Source of the DNA: Chara braunii
Taxonomy: Eukaryota; Plantae; Charophyceae
Direction of reading: 5' to 3'
Length of the DNA: 64,000 bases
NCBI GenBank assembly: GCA_003427395.1
Contig: BFEA01000025.1
Span: 5,118,435-5,182,434 of the forward strand
Shown here: positions 1 through 13,479 of the stretch, one piece after another
Layout of the letters: every line of letters begins with the position of its first letter
Position numbering within the stretch: position 1 is the first letter of the stretch
Program-made: the position numbers and the translations under genes
Notes under the pieces: model-generated
The model's database searches: none
The model's input: the letters and a program-made list of their open reading frames with translations, nothing else
What the model was told of the DNA's origin: nothing

Positions 1-1298
1 ATGCAACGACGACTCTCAGAGTGCTCACGGAAGGCATGTTAACATTTCCCGAGGGTAAAGGTGCAACGACAGTAATCTGGTAATTTAATTTACGTGGTCA
101 AACACGATGTCCAGATGCAGAACCAAATGTGTGATTTTCTCGCATGGAGTGTAATAACATGTGGCACAACGGCAAGAAAACATTCGCGGCGACCCTCCTC
201 TTAACAGGAAGAGAGAAGCAAAAATGAGGGAAACCCATTAACGTACCCTCCCTCGGCCGCAAACCACGCATGACTCCTCTCACGGCGGACAGTTGCTCGA
301 ACCCCTTTAAAGGTGCTGTAAGCCCTTTTGAGGGAGGGAGCTCTTCAACTGCACTCCGTGCCAAACAAACACCTACTGCAGACCCAACGCACACATCCTA
401 GAGTGTCGTAGCGCTAGCATCGTATCGTAATCCTCTAATTTCGCCATATCCCTATCTGCTAATCACCGAAACCCCAAAACGGCGAAATCCACAACTCGAC
501 TACTGCATTGTGGTTGACCAAAAGAGGAAACTCTTCTGGTCTACCAGCTTCTCATACAGGAAAAGAGAAGCCCACAGTAGAGGTAGAGATCACTCCAAAC
601 TCGCTGCCATCCACTGAAAGAACAAACCGTCAACACAGCCAACATTTCGCGAATTACGTAATTACGGGAAGTCGAGGGAACAATAGCAACACACTCACCA
701 TGCCAACAGCAAAAGAAGAGGCTGCCGCCTCACAGAACAGCATGCATGACCAATGACCATGTCCTTCTGCGACATGAGCTAAGACGGGGAAGGCCAGCAG
801 GTGACAGACAAATCGAAAGGAACTCGCCGGCAGAATGAGAAAGCATTCACTGTTTTCATTGTGGATTGACTGAGTAAGATGGATGTATACACATCTCCAG
901 GAAGAAAAGGGTAGGGCACCCTCCCTTTCTAACAAAAGTAACTCTACAAGGGGAAGGGGAAAAACATTGTGTGCAACTGGGGGGGGGGGNGGGGGGCGGC
1001 AAGTGGCTCACTCACAGGGAAAAAGAGTGTATGGAACATGGTAGGATATATTACCCATATTTGACACAGGAAAAAATTGCCCTGACTCTGCGCGAACATA
1101 CAAATGGCCCTATCTCCACTCCTTGAGATCGAACAGCGAGCGGAGGCCACTGTGCTTCACACACCCGACATACCGAATGCCAGGGTCAGCAATGTCACAC
1201 ACACAAACACACAAACCAGCGAGGCGAGGATGCGGAGCTAACCACCAAAATCTTTCTACCAACTATAACTCGCAAACCCTCGTTGTATGGCACAACAA

Positions 1299-1436
1299 TC
1301 ACCCGGCGTAGTCCGCTCTCGAGAACTTGTCTTCTGGGTAGAAGGTAGCAATAACCGTGTTCCCACCAAACTTCCGCCCATGAAGGGACGCCTTCGCCTT
1401 CATCGCAGCCCCCGTGTCAGAATACTCCACGAATAC
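1299..1436 (-). CDS. U2AF65: U2AF65 exon 19 (VFVEYSDTGAAMKAKASLHGRKFGGNTVIATFYPEDKFSRADYAG*)
   Basis: UHM RxF motif (GRKF); TGA stop at 1301-1299. Confidence 0.98.
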   Translation of the reverse strand, partial: VFVEYSDTGAAMKAKASLHGRKFGGNTVIATFYPEDKFSRADYAG

Positions 1437-2234
1437 CTGCATGCGAATTTATAAAACAAAGTACAACAACAGCCAATCAGCACATTAGAGCGTGTCCATC
1501 ACACCCCATTCCCCGTGCGACAATGCGGGGTTATTTACATCTGCATCCGGAATTATTTTTATGCCAAATGCCACACACAGATGTAACCACCTGGTACCAT
1601 ATCAAGTAGAAGAACAGAGGTATGCGCCGCATTTGGGTAAACATCAAGGTCAAGTGGAATAGCGGCAGGGGAGAGTACGGCATTGGAGAGACCACTGTGC
1701 CTGTATGTCATGCTGCTGCATAGTGGAATGACTCGTCCTTCGCGGCCTCTGAAATCGGTTGCACTCCGGAGGCAGTGCGTTCTAGCAAATTTTGGGCCCA
1801 GGACAGCTCACATTGCAAGAGCACCGCGCCCTGAGGTAGTGTGGGGCCGTGCCAAGCATCGAAAAAGAGCTACCATGGACCGTCTTGGTGAAAGATTCAT
1901 CACTTCGCCGTCCAATCAGTCATTCACCGTGCCTTCGTTGCTGCCAAAGAGATGGAAGCCCAAGGTACCACTCTGCTGCCGATCTTTTTTTTTTCCCCCG
2001 ATGCTTCAGCACAGATTTGAACCATTATCGGCACTTTTATAGCGTGCAGGATTGCCTCATAACACTCTTCGCACAACCATTGAATCGCAGAAAAGGACAA
2101 AAAATGGCAGGCTGTGGGAGGAGCCAATATTATATAACTGCAAAATTATAGATTTCGCGAAGTTGTCCTCCTGGGAAGTGGAAGACGATACGAGGAACAG
2201 ACGCATAAAGGTATAAAACAGAGAGAGCATTATA

Positions 2235-2500
2235 CTATGCACGTGTACATAGTACATACCACATAGACATGGCCAGGTGCATAAATTCAAAGCCAGCTCT
2301 ATCACAGGATGCACCTGTACATAGTACATAGGACATAGACATGGCCAGCTGCACATGTACATGGTACATACGACATAGACATGGCCAGGTGCACGTGTAC
2401 ATGGTGCATACTACATAGACATGGCCAGGTGCACGTACACACAGTACATAGTCCATAGTTTATAGACATGGCCAGGTGCATAACCTGCACCTGCACATGA
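2235..2500. repeat. Minisatellite, ~38-bp unit (catagacatggccaggtgcacgtgtacatagta)
   Basis: About five diverged tandem copies. Confidence 0.85.
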
Positions 2501-3161
2501 CTTTTGAAAGCAAAGCACTGGACAGGAAACCCTGGAAAAGGCGAAAAAAACAGCTTCCGGTTCCTCTTGCTGTCTGCTCTGCTCACGTTCCATAGTTCAT
2601 TTGTTTTGCAAAATGCAATCTTCAGGAACGTTGATAGCCATGTGACTATGTATAACGGAAGCTGACTATATATATAACTTCAGGGCGGAATGCGAGTGCC
2701 ACATTACCTCCCTCTTGGATCTCTTTAGATCTCCTTCGCTGTATGTAAAACAAGGTCTGAAGGATGGAGCGCAAGCGCTAGATTCCTTCCCTCTTGAATA
2801 TCTTGAAAGTGCTACATTACTACGCTCTTTGATATCTTGAGAGATTTTGATTTTCCCTTTGTCGTAAAACTAGGTGTAAATGAACGGAAGTAGGCAGAGA
2901 AAAGATTGGCACATTGACTTCACTGATTGTTTAATTCCAAGCGTACTTTTAACAAATGTTTCCACTCATGTTTCCACTCTGATCTAGTGAAACATCGCAT
3001 AGAACTTGCACCGATCCATGGATTCCCTCATCAGGAAATTGCAACGAAGTCCTTAGCGAACTGAAACATCCGATAGACGTCACGGAGTTCAGCGACTTGC
3101 ACAATTAGCACAGACAAAAGAGATGCATGAAGAAGGGTGTAATAGATCACAAGTTCATTAC

Positions 3162-3229
3162 CTTCCCGACACCCGGCAGGTCTTCGCCCGTTGCCTTCGG
3201 ACGCGGTATTACAAGATTTGTCAGCGTTC
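3162..3229 (-). CDS. U2AF65: U2AF65 exon 18 (GTLTNLVIPRPKATGEDLPGVGK)
   Basis: VIPRP...PGVGK motif; donor AAG|GTAATG; phase 1 to 0. Confidence 0.97.
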
Positions 3230-3239
3230 CTGCGCAGAG

Positions 3240-3490
3240 TTTCACAGCAAAGACGTTCAGCATTTTGGATACAGCGGCTCGTTGTGAGATCTTGAGTCAG
3301 AGAGAACAGGCACCACACTGTGGGACACTGGGACCAAACATTGGGACCTCAACGAAAAGGGAAGCGCACCACTTCCACAGCGAAGACGTTCAGCATTTTG
3401 GATGCACTGGCTCATTGTGAGATCTTGAGTCGGACAGAAGGGGGCACCACATTGGGGGACACAGAGACCAAACATTGTGACCTCAAAAAA
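3240..3490. repeat. ~133-bp tandem duplication next to the exon 18 acceptor
   Basis: agacgttcagcattttggat...tgtgagatcttgagtc...gaccaaacatt occurs twice. Confidence 0.85.
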
Positions 3491-5025
3491 AATGAAGTGC
3501 GCCCACTGTTGTCCTTTACTAATTATTCTGCTAACCATAGGGCGTCGCTCCACTACTCCGGAAATGCACAAAAGACAAATCATGGCGATGTATCTTTCCT
3601 TGTTCTAGCGGAAGATTCACTCTCGTTTTGCACATTTCGAGAGTGGTGGAGCGAGGCCCATAGTGACCTCAACAAAAATGAGGGATACATGATTCAATCC
3701 ACACAGCGCAACAAACCATCCCATACAACGCCCAATCACCCGGATCTTTCCTGAAACTCCTGCTACCTCATTCGTATGCCTTCTCCTCCATGCACTGACA
3801 GCCATTTCTCCAAAAATAGGTTGCTAGCAGAAAACGAGGAGAAGACGGTCCATGCAAGCTCAATCCGACACTAAAGGTTAATAAGTGGTGTCATTTTCGG
3901 CGAATTTTTCACCGAAACTCTCCCATATTTCCCTGAATTTTCGCTTTCTTTTTTTTTTTTTCCCGTGTGAGTAATATGTAAGTGCTTTAGGGTATACCTC
4001 TATTCAGTTTGAAAATGTTGTCAAAAACACACCGACTTCGGAGAAAAATTAGGCGGACTCCAGAAACTACTCCAAATAGGGTTTCGTAATAGGGTTCCCG
4101 GGGCGCCCCGCCCGAGTAGGTACCTCGCCCGGGATACCCCGGGCATGAAAAAAATCCACCGAATTTTTTATTTATTTTTTTCGTCTGCAGGGCCAGAGTG
4201 CTGCCCAAATCCGGTCTCATTTTTTATTTTCGGGCATATTGTTTTTTGGGTGCTGGGGGGGGAGGGGGGGGGGAAGGACTATGGCGGGACGAAGGGGGGG
4301 GGAGGGAGGGGGTCTGCCGGCAGGGAGGAGAGAGGCGGTCTGCCGGGAGGGAGGAGGGAGGCAGTCTGCCCGGAGGGAGGAGGGAGCACTATGGCAGGAG
4401 GTACGAGGAGGTAGGAGCAGAACTCTTCCGAAGACGGAGGGGCAGAACTCTAACAAAGAAGAAAAAAGAAAGAAAGAAGAAGAAGAAGACTAAGAAGACC
4501 TGTAGAGAATAAGAAGAGGAGGAAGAAGATGATGGAGAGGGACAGAAGGAAACAGCACGAAGACAAGGAAGAGGAAGATGAAGAAGAAAGAAAGGAGGAG
4601 GGAGGAAGCCTATGGAAGGAGGGGGAAGGAGACTGATGGAGGGAGGGAGGAGGACAGCCCGGCTGGAGGTAGTCGATATGAAGAAGACGAAGATGAAGAT
4701 ACAAAGAGAAAGAAGAAAAAGAAAAACCTTACCTGAGTTGGCGATGGCAGCACAGGCAGTCTTCGTTGGGAGTGAGGATGGCGCGGCCGGAAGGCAGCAA
4801 GGTGACTACAACGACAGCTCAGCAGGGAGACGATGACGATGGCGCAGACGACCACGGCAGGGCAACAACCATGGCACGGTCCATAACAGCGGGGGAACGA
4901 CGAACTGGCGAGAGGGGGCAGGGCGGAGGGAGGGGCCAGGCGGTAATTCCCAAGATTCAAATTCAAAATCTTGGGACTTCCGCACCGTCGATCAGACCTC
5001 CAGCCCGCGCGCAAATTTTCGTTTC

Positions 5026-5150
5026 CTAGCGGTTTCAGTGGTGGCACTGTGGGGGCCCAGGTGCCTGGCCGGAGGGCTCACACGGCCGAGCACCCCAAGC
5101 GCCCTTCGGGGCGACCTGGGGTGGCCCGGGCGCGAGGGCTGAAAAGCTAG
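5026..5150. mobile_element. Small MITE-like element with CTAG termini
   Basis: ctagcggtttcag...ctgaaaagctag imperfect TIR, flanked by gtttc on both sides. Confidence 0.55.
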
Positions 5151-5504
5151 GTTTCATAGAGGTTTTGAGATTTCTTTTTTCTTTTTTTGTTTTGCCTTTT
5201 TTTTTTTCACTTTTGTATTATGAGCCTGCATTGTTTTTTCGTGAAATTTTCAACGACATTGCTTGTGACGATTCAGCAAACAAACCCGAATTTTGGGCCT
5301 TCCATTAACCATCTCTCACACTAACACATATCAACACACCATCCAATACACAAAGCACAGCCCTTTTCTCCCTGCTGTATCCTGAAACTCCTGCTACCTG
5401 TCTTCCTACTCTTCCTCATAATTCACCGCTGCCTCCAAGGACCGACAGTCATTCCTCCACAAACAGTTGGTTAGCAGACAAAGAAGGGCAGACAGCCGCC
5501 ATAC

Positions 5505-5586
5505 CGTATTTTCCACATTCTTCCCTCATGTCTTCCATGATATCTTCGTACTCCTCGTCATCTTTCAGTTCATCCGGTGAGACAAC
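5505..5586 (-). CDS. U2AF65: U2AF65 exon 17 (VVSPDELKDDEEYEDIMEDMREECGKY), UHM acidic helix
   Basis: Diagnostic motif; phase 0 to 1. Confidence 0.98.
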
Positions 5587-5799
5587 CTGCCAACGCAAGT
5601 ACATGTGGACAATAACTTAGCATCTGGTCAGACTGGCAGCATCAATACATATACCGACAATCCATGCCACATACCCTGCAAAGGACAGGCGACCAGATAC
5701 GGAACAAACTGAGTGAGACCATCACCTCTTCGTGCAAAATATTTAAGAACAAATTGTTAAGACGAGTCCTAGATCCACCATCGGATTGCGTATGGAGGG

Positions 5800-6255
5800 G
5801 GCCCTAGGCTCGCCTACCAGTCGGCCCTCTGAATCAGGGTTGACAGACCACCCATGGCCGATGCCAACCGTTGGCCCTAGGCTCGCCTACCGTCTATGAA
5901 TCCCCCTCGGCGGTGGACAGGTGCGGCCAAGTTCACGGCCACGGCCGAGTCCGCGACCCCGCAGACGCGTCCGCGCGGACGCGCGTCTTCGCGGACAGGT
6001 CTTCGCGGACGCGTGGCGGCCGCTGGGGAAGGGGGTTTGGGAAACGGGAAGCGCCACGTGGCGGCGCAACCCCAGCCCCACCCATTCAGGCGAAAAAAAA
6101 CGAAAAAAATCTAATTTTCGGTTGGGGGGGTAAGGGCGAAATCGAAGAAAATAGGGAAACAAAACGCGTTTTTTTTTTTTTTTTTTTTTTTTTTTCCGTT
6201 GATTGATTGATTGATTGATTCATTGATTGGTTGGGGCGGGGTCGCCCCGCGCCCC

Positions 6256-6294
<39 letters not shown>

Positions 6295-6340
6295 CGCGGG
6301 GGATGGGTCGCCCCACCCCCGTGACCACGGGCGCACACGC

Positions 6341-6382
<42 letters not shown>

Positions 6383-8095
6383 GCGCGGCACACACGCGCG
6401 GCACACACGGCGCGCAAACACACCCGCACACACACACACACACACAGAGAGANNNNNNNNNNNNNNNNNNNNNNNNNNNNNNNNNNNNNNNNNNNNNNNN
6501 NNNNNNNNNNNNNNNNNNNNNNNNNNNNNNNNNNNNNNNNNNNNNNNNNNNNNNNNNNNNNNNNNNNNNNNNNNNNNNNNNNNNNNNNNNNNNNNNNNNN
6601 NNNNNNNNNNNNNNNNNNNNNNNNNNNNNNNNNNNNNNNNNNNNNNNNNNNNNNNNNNNNNNNNNNNNNNNNNNNNNNNNNNNNNNNNNNNNNNNNNNNN
6701 NNNNNNNNNNNNNNNNNNNNNNNNNNNNNNNNNNNNNNNNNNNNNNNNNNNNNNNNNNNNNNNNNNNNNNNNNNNNNNNNNNNNNNNNNNNNNNNNNNNN
6801 NNNNAAAACACCTCACACTTCTGCAAAAAACATGAATTCATTTCTAAAAAAATACAGGTAAACACACGGACCATATATCTCATGATAAAAAATGACCAAA
6901 AACATTCCTGCTTTTCTTTATATATATATTTTTTAATTTTCTTTAAATCCAATTTGGTTTTTGATTTTTTTTAAATCCTAAATAAAGTCGGATTCAAAAA
7001 AAAAAAATGGGGTTGTAGTGCTCAAAATTCCCTACAACCCCATATATATTTATTTTTTTTCACCTATCATTTAATTCAGGAAACTTCGTGTAAAATCGGG
7101 TCCGCGGTGCAGACCAGGTAGGCCGCGGATGCGGACCCATTTGGGTCCGCGATCCGAGCTCGACCCTGCGGACGCGTCCGCGGGTGTTTCCCTGCCTACC
7201 GTCAGGCCGACATGAAGGTCGTCTGCCAACCGGTCGGCACACTGCCTGACTATGTGGCTGCTCTGCGCTTCAGCCGAACAGCCAAAATCTGCAATAAAAT
7301 TTGTGTTCCGGGGGCATGGGGGGTGTTGGGGGGGAAGGGGGTTGCAGGGGCGTGGTGTGGGGAAGGTTCCGGGGGTAACCGGGGGTGTTCGGGGGTTGGT
7401 CTGTCGGTGGTTCAGGTGTGGTGGCTGCCAGGTGCTTGTGTGTTTTTGTGGGGTATTCGGGGGCTGATTCCAGGGGAGGTGTTGGGGGGTTGTACGGGTC
7501 CGCTGAGGAGGATTTGGGGGGTAGTCGGGGGCTGTTTCAGGGGGAGATGTTTGGGGGTCATAGGGGTGCGCTGTGGGGGAGTTCAGCGTGTGTTTGGGGG
7601 GTGTCCGAGGTGGCCTGTGGGTGCTTCAGGTACAGTGGTTGGCAGGTGTTTACATGTTCGTTGTGGGTTATGCAGGGGCTGTTTCAGGGGGGGGTGTTGG
7701 TGGGTAATCTGCGGTGTTTGGGGCGTGATTGGAGGTGACTGCAGGGTTCGGGAAAAACAGAAGAATAAGAACAGTTCAGAAGAATAAGAAAAAAAAAAAA
7801 ACAATCTCTTTCAAGAACAACACATAGGGTTTTGGGTAGTGGAAGGGGTAAAATTTGGATCCCTCTGCAGGGGCTACTATAAAGAGGTAGTGAGAGTTGT
7901 TGTTCAGCTCTCACTTTTTGTGGAGCCTGGGCTTCTTCCCGGAACCCGGCCTGCCAAAAAAGTCGGTTCTTGAGGCCAGGCTCCACGGGCCCGGTAGGAC
8001 CCCGCCATGATTTTTTGTCGCACTGCGGGGTCCCTACCGGTCGCCTACCCATCAGCAGCCAACGGTTTTGGGGCCGCCGACGGTCGGCCACACTA
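5800..8095. mobile_element. Nest of GC-rich non-autonomous DNA-transposon-like sequences spanning assembly gap 6453-6804
   Basis: Repeated gccctaggctcgcctacc, cgcggacgcgtccgcgg motifs and hAT-like ends (cggtcggcacactg, cggtcggccacta); boundaries uncertain. Confidence 0.4.
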
Positions 8096-8732
8096 ATGTA
8101 CTCTGCATTCACCAACCCTCTAGCTGTCCACATTCCCAGCCCACTACTAGCTACCTATCTTCACCTGAATAGACAATACGATCATTTGCACTGCATCGAG
8201 ACTGGAAGTTGGGCCAAATACAGCTATAATGACCATACATCCGGGGAAAGACGAGGCTTCCCAAGTTCCCAAACCATCGCCGTTCCGCAGATGCCACACA
8301 CCCTGCATTGTCATCGGAACACCCTGTGCGCACTTAATTCCCCCTCTCTGCATGAATCCCTCAACTCCATCGAGTTGGCAAATGCCAGCTCCATGTGTCA
8401 TGATGGCCATGGTACTATTTTTAACTCTGGTTCCAGATGAAATTACCAACAGGCAGTGGGCTGTCAATCGTATACTCCACAGTCATAGTCAGTTCTCTGG
8501 TTTCCACAGTATGTGGACGAACGAGTTGGCGAACGCACCACAGAACTGAAATTGCTCCACTACAGTGGAATGAACATACTCAGCTGAGACACATGAGCAT
8601 AGTAGTGACCTTGCCAGATTGTGCACCCACCAGAAGAGAGCATATAACCACAGCACATGGACTGTAAACAAACAAAATCAGGTACAGGTGTGAAAGGGCA
8701 GGCAGGTTCTAAGTCAGCACACAGACTGTTAC

Positions 8733-8945
8733 CTGAACTAAGCAGACAACCCTGGTGGGAACATCCTGCGGCACACTTGGTTGCGCCACTTGCGCTGCAG
8801 GCATGGCGGCACTCATTGCATGCATTGTCGTGGGGATACTGACCATGCCTCCAGGAATGAGGCCCTGCATTCCCGACAGAAATGCTGGCATGCCTCCCAT
8901 CGCCACAGAGTTCGCACCTGTTGCTCCCGTGGTCATTGCAAACCG
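8733..8945 (-). CDS. U2AF65: U2AF65 exon 16 (RFAMTTGATG...QDVPTRVVCLVQ), linker plus start of UHM
   Basis: 213 nt open frame ending in PTRVVCL motif; donor CAG|GTAACA. Confidence 0.92.
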
Positions 8946-9275
8946 CTGTACGAGGAAATATTTTGCATTTGCAACAAAAAAACGAGACGTCATCAGAAAA
9001 GCTTGCAACTTGAGACATTCAATTGAACGAGGTATGCGAAGCTTCTCAAAACAAAATACAGACTTTGATTCAAGCGCGTAAAACAGAATTATCGTACTTC
9101 TCTGCCCCTCGTCACCACAGAGTTTCTCGCCCGTTAGTTTTGCTGCAAATTCTGCATCCATACAAGAAACCATGTCTAGTCTGAAGAACAGATGGCCAAC
9201 CGTGCAAACAAACCGACACTGTTCTTCTCAGAAAAAAACATACACGCCCGACTACTTTGACCAGTTAGGGAGTTC

Positions 9276-9450
9276 TACCGTCTTCACCCGAATACGGTTG
9301 TCATCGCAGTATCTGGACTGAAAGTTGCCAAAAATACAGATTTAAACCACTACCCGAATAGAACGCCCGGTCATTATAGCTGTATTTGGGACAACTTTCC
9401 GCCCAGATACAGTGATAATTACCGGGCATTTTATTCGGGTGAAGACGGTC
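9276..9450. mobile_element. CCGT-terminal MITE family, nested or partial copies
   Basis: taccgtcttcacccgaata...tattcgggtgaagacgg. Confidence 0.7.
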
Positions 9451-11944
9451 ATGCCTTTGTCGTATCGGAAAAGGGCCGGCCTCCGACCGTTCAGGAGGTC
9501 GAAATGAAACGTCGGCCGCCGATTAGATTTATCGGATGGCAGCCGTCGTCGGGCCCGGCCTCCAAATTCTTCGGGAACAGGCGTTTTCCCTCGTTTCTGA
9601 AGCGGGAAAGGTCCTACTTTTGGTTTAATGACCGGGCATTCTATTTGGGAGAACACGGTAGAATTCCAGGTGATAACCTTCTGGGCCTGGCCACTTGGTC
9701 GGAAAACGCACTCTAGAATTCCACCAATCCTTGTTATTATTATTATTTTTTTTTATGGAAACATTTCTTTTGTTCTTTTAACTGGAAACAATAATGGCTA
9801 TTCATAAGGCAGCAATCCACTTTTTTGTAAATGGATTTAATGGAAGCAATTTTTTTATTCTTTCAACTGGAAACAATAATGGCCATTCATAAGGCAACAA
9901 TCCACAAATAAAAGACAAAGGCAAAGACCGTTCGCTTGGTCAGGGCACGACAAAAAAATGTCTGGATCCAAGGAGTTCATTCTCCTGGGAAGCGTTGTTA
10001 TTACTTGTTAACAATGATGGAAATAAAATTTCCAATAAATTTAGGATTACAGGCTTCCGGATCCTATGGTTGGCCAGAAGAGAACGTAGATTCAAATGTA
10101 AGCTATGGCCGCAGTATGGCATCCGCAATAATTTTAAATATGCTATTCAGTGTATTCAGTCTTTCGGGAGCTGAGGGGAATAAGCTCAAAAGGGTCCCAT
10201 CCACTCGCAGGGGCGGTGCGCAAGGAAATGGAAGCAAGATGGTGTAAGAGTCGGTAAGACATATCAATGGGCAAACTTGTCAGAAAAAGGACCACTGTTC
10301 ATTTCTGGGCACTTGTGGGATGAACAGGTAGACTTCGAGTTAGAAAAAGGACGCCTGTTCCATCACTCTGTATTTAGGGCATCTTGTTTGGTAGCTTTCT
10401 GTAGTCCAGCTTCATTGCTTTATTTACACGAGTCATTGAGTTCTATATATATTGTCACATAACTATGAACTAAAAGAACGCATTTTGCGAAACAAAAGGC
10501 AAAACTAACAAATTAAAAAACAAGACAAACATGAAGGGCACACTGAAACCATTCATTTTTCTCATTCTTCTTTTAACTCCCCCTTCACCGTGCCTCTCAC
10601 GTACAAGGCTCACCACGCTGATGAAGTTGAGCGCGAGCTGCCCCCATCCCCGTGTGCCATAACAGCCCACTTGTACGCTGTGAGAAAGAGGCAGAGTGAA
10701 GGGGGCGGGGATAAACACAGGGAGGAGCGACGGAGAGCAGACAAACAAACAACGATAAAGGGAAAGCAAGGGAAAGTATGGAGTGTGGAGTGTGGAGTGA
10801 AGATGAAGGCAAAAGAGGATAAGAAAAGCACAAGAACGAGTCTGTCCTTGACGACAGAGAGGCCATGCATTGTAAGGATGACGTGGATGAACACATGGAA
10901 GACCTAGCTGAGCATTCTCAGTGCAACAATTGCCACGACAGCTGGCATTCAGCATGCCCAACATACAGCCCCAACAAATGGCATGTCGATTGCAGGCCAA
11001 AATGAAGGAAGAACGGTATATATATATGGACAGCCGGACCGGGTTTCCAGCATCAGCCGTAGCTGGGTAATGACCGCACAACTTCCGGGTTGCTATGTGG
11101 AGGGATTCCCAGCCTCCGTTGCTGTGGTTGTTGCTTAATGAAAGTGAACTCTTTGTCCCCCCCGCCCCCCCCCCCAAAAAAAAAGAAAGTTTGGACTCTG
11201 GAGTTGTATACATATATACATTATACACAAACTGAGCCTCGATATCCTAGGCATCTGGGAAGTGCACTAGAATCACAGTGTTGTTAAATCTGTTCCAGCA
11301 ATTTTCAAGGGCTTCAAAGGCTCCCCCAACCACATTTTTCCTACTTTAGGTTACCAAATTCCACAGACAAAGAAGATCAGGGCCATCGGGCCGCCACCAA
11401 TTATCGACCCGCACACTGGTCGAGGGCCTTGCAAATTTCTATATGGCTAACAAGACTAGTTTCACCGCCAATCATTAAAGAGCTATCGCTTGAATGGGTG
11501 TGTTAGTCCGGAGGAGGACAAACACCAGGAGAAAAGTGTTTTGGTCCCATAATCGTGTCATCCCTCCTTGTCAAGGGTAGAAGAACCAAAATATAATCCA
11601 CCCTCCCTCCTTCCCTCCCTCCCTCTCTCCATCTCTCCCTCGCCCCCTTCCTCCCCTCCCCCTCCGTGCCCCCTTCCCCCCTCCCTCTCTCTCTCTCTCC
11701 CTCAGGAGATTGTAAGAACCAAAATATTATCCACCCTCCCTCCCTCTGTCCCACAGCCCTTCACAAGGACCCTCCACGTACAAAATAGTTGGCTTCTCTT
11801 CGGGACCAAAACAAGGCGGCATCCGTCGTGCAGAACAGAAACCTCGTGGAGCTGGTTCAGTGTGACGGCCAAAGATAAGATGAAAAAAGAGAAGCAGACA
11901 GCGAATAATGCATAATCACTTAGGATTGACCAAGTATTCCATAC

Positions 11945-12008
11945 CTGAAGTGCTATCTGATGTTGAGCTTGCTGCAGAACATTTGCCTGATCAGGTTTTG
12001 GTTGGCCG
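11945..12008 (-). CDS. U2AF65: U2AF65 exon 15 (SGQPKPDQANVLQQAQHQIALQ)
   Basis: Plant U2AF65 linker motif; CTTGCAG acceptor, donor CAG|GTATGG. Confidence 0.95.
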
Positions 12009-12139
12009 CTGCAAGGGAGGACAAAGCAGTGACAGGAAATGATGGCACAATTCAGTTGGTGGCCAAAACTACCAACGCCTCAGTAGCTGTTGTTGCCCAC
12101 TATCAGCTGTTTAGATCAAGCCACAAAAGGAACACGTAC

Positions 12140-12492
12140 ATTGCAATGAAGCAATGTGCGCACACAAGCACTCTGTGTAAAGATCTCACGCACAAGGACT
12201 GTGTAAAGATTTCACGCATAAGGACTCTGTGTAAAGATCTCACGCACAAGGACTCTGTGTAAAGATCTCGGTGCATCTGACATCGTGCGGCACCCGCCGG
12301 TTTCCAGATGTGGCACCCACCGGTTTCCCCCAACTAGAATATATGCAATGAAGCAATGTGCGCGCACAAGCACTCTGTGTAAAGATCTCACGCACAAGGA
12401 CTCTGTGTAACGATCTCGGTGCATCTGACATCGTGCGGCACCCACCGGTTTCCAGATGTGGCACCCACCGGTTTCCCCCAACTAGAATATAT
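12140..12492. repeat. Tandem duplication with internal ~30-bp subrepeats
   Basis: ctctgtgtaaagatctcacgcacaagga repeated; gtgcatctgacatcgtgcggcacc...caactagaatatatg occurs twice. Confidence 0.9.
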
Positions 12493-13138
12493 GGATATTA
12501 TGCCTGTATTCGGGGCAACTTTCACTCTAGATACAGAGACAATGACCATAAGTGCGTTCTATTCTGGGGAAGACAGTAGTGAGAAAAAAAGTGAAACAAT
12601 GAAGCGGGTCACTCGGCACAGATAGTACACATGAGCCTCTACGAAGCCCACATCATATCCCTTCCCTCGTCCCCGTTGTGGTTGCCCTCCTACAAGTCGC
12701 ATGTCCCATGATTGTCTGCCCTCCTCACCTCCGTCCTTTCCTGCTCATGCTCTCCCTTCACCACATAATTCATCAAATGCCTGCTGATGTGCGGACATGG
12801 CATAAAAATCCCATGTGGCATCATTATTATTTGTTCCCCCCCAGCAACATCACATAATTCATCAAATGCCTGCTGATGATGATGATTGATTTCATCATCA
12901 TCATGTTCCTTCCTCAGCATAATGATGCTGAATCATGATGCTAATCTTTTTTAGCCAACCCAAGCATCAGCATTCCTGTGCAGTTCGAGTTCCTGTACTA
13001 ATCCATAAGCAGGCAATGGGTGCATGAACCCCTGAAACCAAAACCTCCGGAGGTGTGCAAAGATAGATGATAATGCAGAAGAAAAGGGGGATAAGAGAAC
13101 AGCTCTTCATTTTCCAAATAGTGGGGCCAAGGGCATAC

Positions 13139-13227
13139 CTGGCAGTAGCACGCCGTACTGTCAGCGTCTTGTCACCCATTTTCATCCCATTCAACGCAGC
13201 ACAGACAACATCCACAACTGAAGGATC
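13139..13227 (-). CDS. U2AF65: U2AF65 exon 14 (DPSVVDVVCAALNGMKMGDKTLTVRRATA)
   Basis: End of RRM2; donor CAG|GTATGC; phase 0 to 2. Confidence 0.97.
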
Positions 13228-13420
13228 CTGCACAACAAACATTTCCAATCAGACCACTGAAAAACGGAGGGAGGTAGCACCATAAACGGAAAGCGGGGAT
13301 AGTCGTTGTATCCAACAAGCCAACTTCACAGCTTTCGCCTTGGCTAACATTTTGGTCTCACAGTGTGCGATCCCTTTGTCGAAGTTTGTCCCCATGACGG
13401 CACCCTCGACACACACACGA

Positions 13421-13479
<59 letters not shown>

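Noticed and set aside
3750-5500. Shared cctgaaactcctgctacct at 3750 and 5381 as possible mutually exclusive exons
   Set aside because: Both copies are intronic with no exon-like frame; an old local duplication
6086-6974. Long ORFs crossing N runs and CA/GA microsatellites
   Set aside because: Artefacts of gaps and simple repeats
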